A stretch of 64,000 nt of DNA from NCBI GenBank assembly GCA_965235115.1, contig OZ249436.1, positions 47,060,001 through 47,124,000 of the forward strand, read 5' to 3'. Origin of the DNA: Laetmonice hystrix (lineage: Eukaryota). The position numbers and the translations under genes were made by a program. A model generated the notes under the pieces. That model was not told the origin of the DNA and made no database searches. It was given only the letters and a program-made list of their open reading frames with translations. Of this stretch, positions 48,349 to 59,929 are shown piece by piece; position 1 is the first letter of the stretch; each line of letters starts with the position of its first letter.

Positions 48349-50130
48349 TTGACTATACCATTTAAGGATGGAGAACCTCTGCAAGTTAAAGTACCTCCTC
48401 CTTACAGGTTAAGGGCAGAGGAAATGGTTTTTATGAGAGAGGAGCTTAAGACATTACTAGACTTGGGTGTCATACAGTCAGCAGTACCAGAACCGGGTCA
48501 GTTTATTTCTAACGTGTTCCTTAGACCCAAACCGGTAGGGCACAGGGTAATTCTGGACTTGACCTTATTAAATACGTTTGTTCAGTACGAACATTTTAAA
48601 ATGACTTCGCTTCAGGCTGCTTTGGACTTAATGAGACCGGGAGTCTGGATGGGGTCAGTTGATCTGACTCATGCTTATTACAGCGTACTCGTAAAAGAAA
48701 AGCACAGAAAATTTTTACGCTTTTGTTTTGAAGGGGACTTGTATGAATATGTGGGTATGCCAAACGGGTTGTCTTGTGCACCCAGACTATTCACAAAATT
48801 GTTAGTGCCACCTTTCTCGGTTTTACGGGAAAACGGACATGAATGTTTTCCGTACATAGATGATTCTTTTGTTGTAGCAGATTCTTTTGATGAATGTAGT
48901 GGATCAATTAAGGAATTATGTGAGATGTTACAGGATCTAGGGTTTCATATTCACCCTCGGAAGTCCGTTTTTGAACCGAGACAAGACATCGTGTTTTTAG
49001 GTTTTCAATTGAATTCTGTAGATATGACAGTCTCACTTACATCAGAAATAAGAGAAAAATTTGCACGTGCTGCCACAGAAGTTCTGGACAAAGATAAACT
49101 TAGTATCCGAGAGGTTTCGGGTTTAATTGGTTTAATGGTAGCTTATGCACCAGCTGTTCAATATGGGGGAGCTCACATTAAGTGGTTAGAGATAGACAAG
49201 AATAAGGCGTTGGCAGAGAATAGAGGAGATTTTGATGGACTTATGGTAGTGTCAGAAATGGCTAAACAAGATATAACGTGGTGGCTGCGTCATTTGTCGA
49301 CAGTCAGGAAAATAAGATTCCCAGCTCCACATGTAGAGATCGAAACGGATGCGTCTGAGCTTGGCTGGGGGGCTCTTAGAGGCCCCCTAGAAACTGGAGG
49401 CAGATGGTTTCCATTTGAACAGACTAAACATATCAATGTATTGGAATTGACTGGAATCTTTTTTGGCCTTCAAAGTCTATGTCGAGAACCAGGAATACAT
49501 ATAAAGGTTATGACTGACAGTACGACAGCGTTAGCTTATGTTAAGAATATGGGAGGAGTGAAATCTGAGCAATGTAATCAGGTAGCTCAGAATATTTGGG
49601 ACTGGGCTGAGGCTCAGGAAAACTGGATTACGATCACACACATTCCTGGAGTAAGTAATGTTCGAGCTGACTTAAATTCAAGGAAGTTTAATGACGAGTC
49701 TGAATGGGAATTGAATGATGCAATTTTCAAAAAGATATGTAGGATTTTCGGTATGCCTGACGTGGACCTCTTCGCGTCCAGGTTAAATAAAAAGATACCA
49801 AAATACGTGTCTTTAAGACCAGATCCAGGAGCATGGAAATTTGATGCTTTTTCGCTGGATTGGAGTCATAACTTCTTGTATGTTTTTCCTCCTTTCAGTT
49901 TGATGGGGAGAGTAGTCAGAAAACTCCGGATGGAAAACAGCAGGGCAATACTGGTGGCCCCGTTGTGGCCGTCACAGGCCTGGTATGCCACTGTGTCAAA
50001 GGTAGCAAAAAGGAGGCTACTCTTCAGGACTCGGAAGGGGAATCTCATACCTCGAGGAAACCCAAACAACGTAGACTTCATGAGCAAGTGCCCGTTGGTG
50101 GCCTTCCTTTTTTGGCCAAACACCTTATGA
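48349..50130 (+). CDS. DIRS ORF2: reverse transcriptase, RNase H, adenine-methyltransferase-like domain
   Basis: RVILDL, VDLTHAY, GMPNGL, YIDD (RT); TDAS..GWG, HINVLEL, TDST, NVRAD (RNase H); VDLFAS, DAFSLDW, YVFPPF (MT-like). Homology appears to extend upstream (LTSDPWIIDVV) past an in-frame TAA at 48343. Confidence 0.93.
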   Translation: MTIPFKDGEPLQVKVPPPYRLRAEEMVFMREELKTLLDLGVIQSAVPEPGQFISNVFLRPKPVGHRVILDLTLLNTFVQYEHFKMTSLQAALDLMRPGVWMGSVDLTHAYYSVLVKEKHRKFLRFCFEGDLYEYVGMPNGLSCAPRLFTKLLVPPFSVLRENGHECFPYIDDSFVVADSFDECSGSIKELCEMLQDLGFHIHPRKSVFEPRQDIVFLGFQLNSVDMTVSLTSEIREKFARAATEVLDKDKLSIREVSGLIGLMVAYAPAVQYGGAHIKWLEIDKNKALAENRGDFDGLMVVSEMAKQDITWWLRHLSTVRKIRFPAPHVEIETDASELGWGALRGPLETGGRWFPFEQTKHINVLELTGIFFGLQSLCREPGIHIKVMTDSTTALAYVKNMGGVKSEQCNQVAQNIWDWAEAQENWITITHIPGVSNVRADLNSRKFNDESEWELNDAIFKKICRIFGMPDVDLFASRLNKKIPKYVSLRPDPGAWKFDAFSLDWSHNFLYVFPPFSLMGRVVRKLRMENSRAILVAPLWPSQAWYATVSKVAKRRLLFRTRKGNLIPRGNPNNVDFMSKCPLVAFLFWPNTL

Positions 50131-51077
50131 AGAAAGGGTTTGATTTAAAGACAGTTAAACTAGTTTTGGACTCTTGGAGACCTAGTACAAAAAAGGTGTA
50201 TACTACCTATTTGAAGAAGTGGGCGACGTTCTGTGTAGAACGAAAAATAAGATTATTAGAACCAACACTACAGGAGGTATGTAAGTTTTTTGTGCTGTTG
50301 TCTGAGCAGGGCCTCGGCTATGGGGCCATCAATACGGCACGATCGGCGTTATCTATAATATTACCACAGTATGAAGGATATCAGCTGGGAAAGCATCCGC
50401 TGGTTTGTAGGTTATTGAAAGGAGTTTATGAGAGGAATCCACCGTCCGCAAAATATTCAGCCTTTTGGGACGTGGGTAAAGTCTTAAGGCTTTTCAAGAG
50501 TTGGGGACATAGTTCGACATTATCTTTAAAGTTGTTGACACATAAACTGACTGTGTTGTTATTACTGGTAACGTCACAGAGAGGGCAAACCATAGTGAAC
50601 TTGGATCTGGGAAATATGGATATAGCTGATGTGGTTGTGTTTAAAATGAAAACTTTGCTAAAACACAACAGACTGGGGGATCCACTAGATTCCTTATTAT
50701 TAAGGCCGTATGGCAAATGTCGCAGATTATGTGTCGTGAGAACATTGAAAGAGTATGTGCAAAGGACAGAAAAACTGAGAAAGGGAGAAACGCATTTATT
50801 GTTAAGTTTTCGGCCACCTCACAAACCGATCTCGAGAGATACGTTGGCCAGATGGACACTACAAGTTTTCACCCAGGCTGGGATTGATACGTCTAAATAC
50901 AAAAGTCATTCCACCAGGGGAGCCTCTGCTTCGGCAGCTAATAGGATGGGGGTCTCGGTTAACCAGATCCTTAAACAGGCAGGATGGAAAAATGCACAAT
51001 CCTTCGCAACTTATTATAATAAGGATTTAGATAAAGACTCTGGCTCAGTAGCGGAAGCAGTGTTGGGCATGGTCTAA
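50127..51077 (+). CDS. DIRS ORF3: tyrosine recombinase
   Basis: Catalytic R (SQRGQ), HSTR, GW..SF..YY. The ATG overlaps the ORF2 stop (ATGA, 50127-50130); the frame is open from at least 49965. Confidence 0.93.
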   Translation: MKKGFDLKTVKLVLDSWRPSTKKVYTTYLKKWATFCVERKIRLLEPTLQEVCKFFVLLSEQGLGYGAINTARSALSIILPQYEGYQLGKHPLVCRLLKGVYERNPPSAKYSAFWDVGKVLRLFKSWGHSSTLSLKLLTHKLTVLLLLVTSQRGQTIVNLDLGNMDIADVVVFKMKTLLKHNRLGDPLDSLLLRPYGKCRRLCVVRTLKEYVQRTEKLRKGETHLLLSFRPPHKPISRDTLARWTLQVFTQAGIDTSKYKSHSTRGASASAANRMGVSVNQILKQAGWKNAQSFATYYNKDLDKDSGSVAEAVLGMV

Positions 51078-51996
51078 ATAAAATAATAAAATGAATTGAA
51101 GGAGTTTGTTATTTATTGAGCGATGAAGGAAGCCTTTGACCTTACCGGTCTGCTCTAAACATCTCATCTATTTCCGGAAACACGTAGTGTTGTCCTCGGG
51201 AAAATATTACAATTATACGAGACTTACCTTGGTAAAGGTTGAAGTAGAATTAGGATTTTACCGAGGACAACACATAGTGTTGTAGGGAATAGATGCCCAC
51301 CCTTCCCGCCCTATTTAAACACTGGCGGAGGTTTAAAGGTAAATTGATACACATGTCTCAATAGGATTAAGTTCTTGAGTAACTGTTAGGGTTAGGAATA
51401 AGGCTTCCTTATCGCTCCCGCTAAAGTCTGACGTGTCGAGCTACCGGCGCTCACCTTCTCATCTATTCCCTACAACACTATGTGTTGTCCTCGGTAAAAT
51501 CCTAATTCTACTTCAACCTTTACCAAGGTAAGTCTCGTATAATTGTAATATTAACACATTTATTTGTGATATTCTCTTAAATTGTACATTATGGGGTTCC
51601 GTACTGACAATTTAATAACAGAGGGCGCCACCAGTCTAACTGCGGTATATAACCGACAGAGGGCGCCACCAAACTGAGTATTCCTAATGCTCAAAGTAGT
51701 TGCAGGAGCATTTTTATGCCTTTTTGGTCAATATATCCATACTGTTATCAGTCACTGTGAGAGTAGATATCTAAACCTAATGATTACTCTTGATAAATCT
51801 GCAAATGGTTTATTGCCAAGAGCACACTCATCTATTGAATTATTCGTGGAGCATGCCATCATAATGTGCTGCCAGCTATGGGATATCCATCGCAGTGCCA
51901 CCTGGCGCCGTTAAGTAAACTACATTTTGTGCTAAAGAATACGATAAGATCGACTGAGAAAATTACGAAACGGAATAATCATATTTTTTGTTACAG

Positions 51997-52053
51997 GTTT
52001 TGACAGAGAGGATATGTCGGCCGAAATCCAGAACTTAAGAGACGAAAACAAAC
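51997..52053 (+). CDS. Rab11-FIP-like gene, coding exon 6 (coiled coil)
   Basis: ttttttgttacag|GT..; (S)FDREDMSAEIQNLRDENK(R); donor c|gtaagc; phase 1/1. Confidence 0.85.
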
Positions 52054-52239
52054 GTAAGCATTATTGATTTACCCAAACTTTTTATAGCTCTATATTTTAC
52101 AAATAGCTAGCCATATGTTTGAAAGCAACTGAGCAAACAGGTTCTCTTACTTAACTGGGTTTGGGATGATGGAGGAGGAGCATGAGGGATAAAAGGTTGA
52201 TACCCGTGTAACACTAGGGATAGTACATTAATCTGCCAC

Positions 52240-52966
52240 ATGATATATCAATCATTAACCGAGTTGTTATTTTGGTGGCATGATTGAGATGTTAATCTTT
52301 AAGTTTAACAGAGCTGTTGTTGAGATATCAATCATTAATTATTGTGTTGTGTTGCTGAGATATCAATCATTAATTATTGTTGTGTTGTGTTGTTGAGATA
52401 TGTATCAATCATTATTTATTGTTGTGTAATGTTGGTGAGATATCAATCAGTAATTATTGTTGTGTTGCTGAGATATCACTCATTAATTTTTGTTGTATTG
52501 TGTTGCTGAGATATCAATCATTAATTGTTGTGTTGTGTTGCTAAGATACCAATCATTAATTATTATTGTGTTGTATCAATCATTATTATTGTGTTGTGTG
52601 GCTGAGATATCAATAATTAATTTTTGTTGTGTTGCTGAGATATCAATCATTAATTATTGTTGTGTTGTGTTGCTGATATATCAATAATTAATTATTGTTG
52701 TGTTGTGTTGTTGAGATATGTATCAATCATTCATTATTGTTGTGTTGTGTTGCTGAAATATTAATCATTAATTATTGTTGTGTTGTGATGTTGAGATATC
52801 AATCATTAATTATTGTTGTGTTGCTAAGATATCAATCATTAATTGTGGTGTTGTGTTGCTAAGATATCAATCATTAATTATTGTTGTGTTGCTGAGATAT
52901 CAATCATTAATTGTTGTGTTGTGTTGCTAAGATATCAATCATTAATTATTGTTGTGTTGTGTTGCT
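52240..52966. repeat. ~33-38-bp degenerate minisatellite ending at the exon 7 acceptor
   Basis: Unit gagatatcaatcattaattattgttgtgttgtgttgct; the last copy ends gttgctcacag|. Confidence 0.93.
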
Positions 52967-52971
52967 CACAG

Positions 52972-53081
52972 GTTTGAGAGATGAGAACGCTACCATGAAG
53001 TTGTATATCGACCACCTTGTTGCCAGGGTGATGGAGGAATGTCCTGACGCTCTCTCGACTCAGCCAGTCTTGAGAACCTGA
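52972..53081 (+). CDS. Rab11-FIP-like gene, coding exon 7 (FIP Rab-binding domain)
   Basis: (R)LRDENATMKLYIDHLVARVMEECPDALSTQPVLRT*, matching the FIP-RBD pattern L..YID.L..RVME..P..L. The seven exons sum to 1380 nt (459 aa plus stop). Confidence 0.9.
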
Positions 53082-54378
53082 AGGCCACCAAGCTTATTTT
53101 TAACAATTATAAAAAGGGCCATAGGCTGATTGAGGCCGGGGGAGGGGGTTACTTTGGTAAACTATACCCACAGCCCCAGCAAGGGCCACCTGGGGGGTCA
53201 CGCCCCCGGCCCCCCTAACTAAAATTCTACATCCTAATGGGCCTCACTTCGCGTGGAAGTACATGTACATTGTACCGTACATGCCTATTTCCAGGACAGA
53301 CTACCGGCCTGTACAACCAACAGTATTATAACACTTTTCTACTGGCAATGTCAACAGTAGATGGCCTACTCGACGTGTTGTGATTGTGATTGTAAATAGA
53401 GCATGGATGCGCGGGGGTCGCCCTGTTATATGTCATAGAATGACATGCGTTATAAGGTAACCATAAGTATATGAAGATGGTTGGGGTTCACTGACCTGTA
53501 TAATATCAGAACATTGATCATCGATTACACCGGTACAGGATGCTCTGACTCAGTTTTATATACGCCTACGATGTAAACATGATGCTATAACCCGATCGTT
53601 GTTCTTGCATGACTTACAGAGAAGGTTATTTTCTATAATATCTGACCCGGCAAACCGCATTAATATTAACTTAAAAACTGTCAGGTGCAACTCCTGAGCG
53701 ACAATGGCTAAATGTCTCATGTTTATCCGGGTACAAATCAACAAGAAGTGACTATTAATTTTGTGATACGTTATAAAACCCCAAAATTAAAATAGAGAAC
53801 AAGTTTTCTGTTTTGAAGTCCAAATTTATCTTTGAGGAGACAGAGATGACAGAAGTAAAAGAAATGGTGCTGTATATCTTTCCTAAATGGTGATACCTGA
53901 AAAATAAAGTGAGATATATTTTAAAAGGATATTGCTTTATACTCCCTGCTTGCGTGAGTTTCCACGCGGGTAGATAATCTCCACAGAATGCAGCGACCGC
54001 CTCGCCCTCCCGGAATATTCCCATACTACAAAATTATACAAATAATCACTACCTCAGTTCCTTCTGCCTTCACCCTATCTTGTCACTGTACCACCCTTCC
54101 ATCACTCCCACACAACCCCCCACCCTCCACCCCTTTAGAAGGCAGTTGTCACACGCAAACATCAAACAGCACCTGATTGACGTAGGTGCCCCACATTCTT
54201 GAATACACCATATACAATATCCTCCAGGTGAACGCGAGATGAACACAGGTGATTCCCTGCATGGCCGCGAACATTTGCAGTAAGTGTTCACAACATCAGG
54301 ATCTACAGCACCCAGAAAAACGGCAGTCAATGCAAACCACCTCGTGTCACACACGGACATTTCCTGGATTCAGCCGTG

Positions 54379-54551
54379 TCTAACCAATATCAACATCGTT
54401 TTTAACGCACATCGGTTCTCATCTAACCAATATCAACATCGTTTTTAACACACATCGGTTCTCATCTAACCAATATCAACATCGTTTTTAACACACATCG
54501 GTTCTCATCTAACCAATATCAACATCGTTTTTAACACACATCGGTTCTCAT
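54379..54551. repeat. ~43-bp tandem repeat x4
   Basis: Unit tctaaccaatatcaacatcgtttttaacacacatcggttctca. Confidence 0.95.
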
Positions 54552-55063
54552 TATGGCAGGTCTGCCCACCCGGACAATCTGTCTAATTACCACCGGTAAT
54601 CTAATCTACCAACTCCCCTTGGCTACCAGCGAGTGATAGCGGTGGATACCCATTTGGTAGATTAGAGACGTGTCTAGTATACGAAGACTGTGGACCTATA
54701 ACGGAGGAGCTAGGGTTCTCCAAAAGGACGAATAGTACGCAGGCAAAGGTAAGGTGTTGGGAAATCAATTAACCTCCTTGTGTAGATCTACAGGTGAACA
54801 GGGGTGGTGTACGCGCTATTGTTTCCATTTTGCCCGGAAATACCCCTTGAATTTTCGACCAAGGTTTTTTATGTGAGGGGAGAGAGGAGGAGGAGGAAAG
54901 TGTATGTTGGATTAGTGCCTGGATCCCGGAAATACCCCCATGACGTACGTACGCCCCTGTGTAGGGTTAGCTCCTCACCTGGTGCTGGGGGTGGGGTGAG
55001 CCTATCGAAATCATTCAAGGCTTCGGAATTCGATATTCCTTTCACCTATATTTATCTCTTTTT

Positions 55064-55190
55064 TCCCTCCCTCCCTCCCTCCCTCCCTCCCTCCCTCCCT
55101 CCCTCCCTCCCTCCCTCCCTCCCTCCCTCCCTCCCTCCCTCCCTCCCTCCCTCCCTCCCTCCCTCCCTCCCTCCCTCCCTCCCTCCCTCC
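55064..55190. repeat. (CCCT)n microsatellite
   Basis: Direct reading. Confidence 0.97.
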
Positions 55191-55833
55191 GTTTATTTAT
55201 TTACTCAATTTTTCTAAATTTTAATGTTATTTAAACAATTGGGAACATGAATATCCTTTGCAACCCTGAAAGCCCTTAGCAGCTGAGGTCATGTACCACA
55301 GATCGAAGCGTGCTTCAGTAACTGTTAGCTGATGTGAATCTGGCATGTGCTCACGCGATTTCTAATGTTCCGCCGCTCGAATAAAGGCCTAATTGCTCTT
55401 AAATTCATTACTTTGTGGGTTTGTGGTCTTGAGCTAGACTTCAAAAAGATGCAACCCAAACTTGTCTATATTACCATTTTATTCATTATTTCAATTTTAT
55501 AAATACAATAAATCCATAATCCATAAATACAATCGGGCAGTTCATTGTACCAGGTAGCCCTACATGCGGTATGTAGGTATGTAGTCTGGTTCACCAGATA
55601 CCCTCGAGGTGGCGCCTGACGAGTTCTCCTGTGGCCAGGTGGCGAATAGCAAGAGTTGGCCAAGATCCAGGTTAGGTGCACTTAGCCGGTCACCAGAGAT
55701 TACAAGATCAGACATTGCCGAGTCCCTGCTGCCTGCACCCAACACATTTCGTTATAGATTCGGTACTCGCCTCCCCGCGCGCCTCTGACCACAGACAATA
55801 GATCTGTTATATCAGGCCTGAAACATAGGCCTG

Positions 55834-56650
55834 CCAATGGGGTATGGAACATACCAATGGGGTATGAAACATACAGTGGTCATACCAGTGGGGAATGAAA
55901 CATACAGTGGTCATACCAGTGGGGTATGAAACATACCAGTGGTCATACCAGTGGGGTAGAAAACATACCAGTGGTCATACCAGTGGGGAATGAAACATAC
56001 CAGTGGTCCTACCAGTGGGGTAGGAAACATATCAGTGGTCATACCAGTGGGGAATGAAACATACCAGTGGTCATACCAGTGGGGTAGAAAACATACCAGT
56101 GGTCATACCAGTGGGGAATGAAACATACCAGTGGTCATACCAGTGGGGTAGAAAACATACCAGTGGTCATACCAGTGGGGAATGAAACATACCAGTGGTC
56201 ATACCAGTGGGGTAGGAAACATATCAGTGGTCATACCAGTGGGGAATGAAACATACCAGTGGTCATACCAGTGGGGTAGGAAACATATCAGTGGTCATAC
56301 CAGTGGGGTAGGAAACATACAGTGGTCATACCAGTGGGGTAGGAAACATACCAGTGGTCATACCAGTGGGGTAGGAAAACATACCAGTGGGCATACCAGT
56401 GGGGTAGGAAACATGCCAGTGGTCATACCAGTGGGGAATGAAACATACCAGTGGTCATACCAGTGGGGTACGAAACATACCAGTTGTCATACCAGTGGGG
56501 TATGAAACATACCAGTGGTCATACCAGTGGGGAATGAAACATACCAGTGGTCATACCAGTGGGGTATGAAACATACCAGTGGTCATACCGAAACATACCA
56601 GTGGTCATACCAGTGGGGAATGAAACATACTTGGTCATACCAGTGGGGAA
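55834..56650. repeat. ~35-bp minisatellite
   Basis: Unit gaaacataccagtggtcataccagtggggaat / ggggtag. Confidence 0.95.
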
Positions 56651-56976
56651 CGAAAGGAGGGCAGGCCGCCGGGATCCGATAAAGAAATGGCTCCCGTGGG
56701 GGGGGGGGGGTTGGAGTGCCCCCCCCCCCCACACCACCACCACCCCTCCCCCTACCCCCACCCCCGAAGGCGCGAAGCTAGAAGAAGGCAATGGTTGGAT
56801 ACCCCCCTCCGCCTCCCCCGTAACTCAGTGGTGCCTTCACCCCTGCTATTCTCGCGAATATCACAATTCGAACATCAGAGAGCTGTACGTAGTCGTTCCA
56901 TTACTCTGCGCCTCACTGTGGTCGTTACAGGTTCACCTACCACTAATATGAAAAAGCTCCTGTAGTCCTTCCATTA

Positions 56977-59498
56977 TAGTCCATGGGCCAAGGGTTGAAA
57001 CCCTCCCCCCCCGGGGGATTTTTGCAGACTACCATTTTTAGATACCCTGTGATATGCCATTCCAGAATCTGCTTGTCTGCACGAAAACTGTTGGTGGGTG
57101 AAGGCTAATTTGCATAAATTAGCATAATTAATAACAAATCGTCATAAGCTCAGGTAACTTGAAAACCATTTAGCCTAGAATCATATGTAATAGCACTTTT
57201 CCATACAATATCAACACGGGGAATCCATTTGTGACATTTGTTTTGTGATTCAAGGTCAAGATCAAGGTCAAATATCAAGGTCAAGGCCAAAAATGGCAAA
57301 AAAACTGGGGTTTCCAGGACAGTTGGCCTAAAATCACATTTAATGGAGTGTTTCCTTACAATATAGAGGCAGGCAATCCAATTGTGGCATACGTCTTGTG
57401 ATTCGACATTAAAGTCAAGGTCAAATGTCAAGGTCAAGGCCACAAATGGCACAAATAGTCGGTCCGAAGTCCTTCCTTCCTGTAGTATCAGGGACATTTC
57501 AGCAGGAAACAAGCTCAAATTACGGACTACATGACTGGGGGCGGGGTGTGGGTGGGACTACATGACTGGGGGTGTGGGTTAGTGAGGTGTGGGTGGGGCT
57601 GCATGACTGGGGGTGGGGGTTAGTGGGGTGTGGGTGGGACTACATGACTGGGGGTAGGGGTTAGTGGGGTGTGGGTGGGGCTACATGACTGGGGGTGGGG
57701 GTTAGTGGGGTGTGGGTGGGACTAAATGACGGGGGGTGGGGGTTAGTGGGATGTGGGTGGGACTACATGACTGGGGGTGGGGGTTAGAGGGTGTGGGTGG
57801 GGCTACATGACTGGGGGTGGGGGTTAGTGGGGTGTGGGTGGGACTAAATGACGGGGGGTGGGGGTTAGTGGGATGTGGGTGGGACTACATGACTGGGGGT
57901 GGGGGTTAGAGGGTGTGGGTGGGGCTACATGACTGGGGGTGGGGGGTTAGTGGGGTGTGGGTGGGACTACATGACCGGGGGTGGGGTTTAGTGGGGTGTG
58001 GGTGGGAATCTTGTGATTCGACATTAAAGTCGAGGTCAAATGTCAAGGTCAAGGCCACAAATGGCCCAAAACTGGGATATTGTGAGAGGCTCGGTCAAAG
58101 TCAAAGGTCAAATTTAAGGTCGAAAAACGGGATTTCTAGGACGAATTTGTGGGTTACAACGTACTGATCATTTATTGAATAACAGAAAGTTAACTACAGT
58201 ACAGATATCATGAAATATTAGTACATTTGACATCACCATCTTCATCGCCATCCTCACAATAATCCTCACATTACTCGTTAAGCATCACATTAGCACCCTA
58301 CACCTTGCAGGACACCCACCCATACCCCCACCCCCACTTCACACCCTGCAGGACACCCACCCATACCCCACACCCACACCCCACACCTTGCAGGACCCCC
58401 ATCCCCACCCCAACCCACACCCTCCAGGACACCCACCCACACCCCACACCTTGCAGGACACCCAACCACACCCACACCCCACACCCTGCAGGACACCCAC
58501 CCACACCCCACCCCCACACCCTGCAAGACACCCACCCACACCCCACACCTTGCAGCACAACCCCACTAACCCCTACTCCCACTCATGTAGTCCCACCCAC
58601 ACCCCACTAACCCCCACCCCCAGTCACGTCGCCCCACCCACACCCCACTAACCCCCACCCCCAGTCATGTAGCCCCACCCACACCCCACTAACCCCCGCC
58701 CCCAGTCATGTAGTCCCACCCACACGCCACTAACCCCCACCCCCGGTCATGTAGTCCCACCCACACCCCACTAACCCCCACCTCCGGTCATGTAGCCCCA
58801 CCCACACCCCACTAATCCCTACCCCCAGTCATGTAGTCCCACCCACACCCCACTAACCCCCACCCCCAGTCATGCAGCCCCACCCACACCTCACTAACCC
58901 ACACCCCCAGTCATGTAGTCCCACCCACACCCCGCCCCCAGTCATGTAGTCCGTAATTTGAGCTTGTTTCCTGCTGAAATGTCCCTGATACTACAGGAAG
59001 GAAGGACTTCGGACCGACTATTTGTGCCACTTGTGGCCTTGACCTTGACATTTGACCTTGACTTTAATGTCGAATCACAAGACGTATGCCATAATTGGAT
59101 TGCCTGCCTCTATATTGTAAGGAAACACTCCATTAAATGTGATTTTAGGCCAACTGTCCTGGAAACCCTAGTTTTTTTGCCATTTTTTGGCCTTGACCTT
59201 GATATTTGACCTTGATCTTGACCTTGAATCACAAAACAAATGTCACAAATGGATTCCCCGTGTTGATATTGTATGGAAAAGTGCTATTACATATGATTCT
59301 AGGCCAAATGGTTTTCAAGTTACCTGAGTTATGACGATTTGTTATTAATTATGCTAATTTATGCAAATTAGCCTTCACCCACCAACAGTTTTCGTGCAGA
59401 CAAGCAAATTCTGGAATGGCATATCACAGGGTATCTAAAAATGGTAGTCTGCAAAAATCCCCCAGGGGGGAGGGTTTCAACCCTTGGCCCATGGACTA
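56977..59498. mobile_element. Non-autonomous foldback element with ~1-kb inverted arms, Academ-like
   Basis: TTA|tagtccatgggccaagggttgaaaccctcccc ... ggggagggtttcaacccttggcccatggacta|TTA. About 560 bp of near-identical unique arms, then inverted G-rich/C-rich minisatellites; TAG..CTA termini with a 3-bp TSD. Confidence 0.85.
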
Positions 59499-59929
59499 TT
59501 ACTGTACCTTTAAGGCACTGTCAATCACATAAAAAACAACCATGAATAAATCCATCTTCCTTCCCGTTGTAATGTTGGATGCCGCGCGTCTTGAAACAGC
59601 ATTCATTACCTTCTTGTCTGTCTGTAGTAGGTCTCATAGTAGTATATGGACTTTGGCCTCTGTGGCAAGTGTAGGCCTACTTCCACTTTTGGACGTTGAA
59701 CCTTGAAAACTTCACAAAATTCTCCATCAAAGGCCCTGAAAATGGGGGGGGGGGGGGGGTGACAGTCATCCCTGCCTCCGACTCCCCGCCTCCCGTGGGG
59801 CCGAATATAATGTACGGCCTGCCGCCATGCGTAGGTGAGCATAGCCCTAGCACAGCAACTATGTCTATGCAGTATGCTTTATTCGTACTGGAGCCTACGA
59901 ACGATAGCTGTCACTGGCTTAAAATGAGC

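Larger units (their letters stand above)
46421..51552 (+). mobile_element. DIRS1-type tyrosine-recombinase retrotransposon, structurally complete
   Basis: Left ITR 46421-46493 and extended right ITR 51428-51552; internal complementary region 51162-51295 matching both termini; ATT at both ends; gag, RT-RNaseH-MT and YR ORFs. Confidence 0.95.

Noticed and set aside
57150..59209. Twin ORFs MSLFPAEMSLILQEGR.. on opposite strands
   Set aside because: Mirror images from the inverted arms of the foldback element; TTG starts and no recognisable domain.
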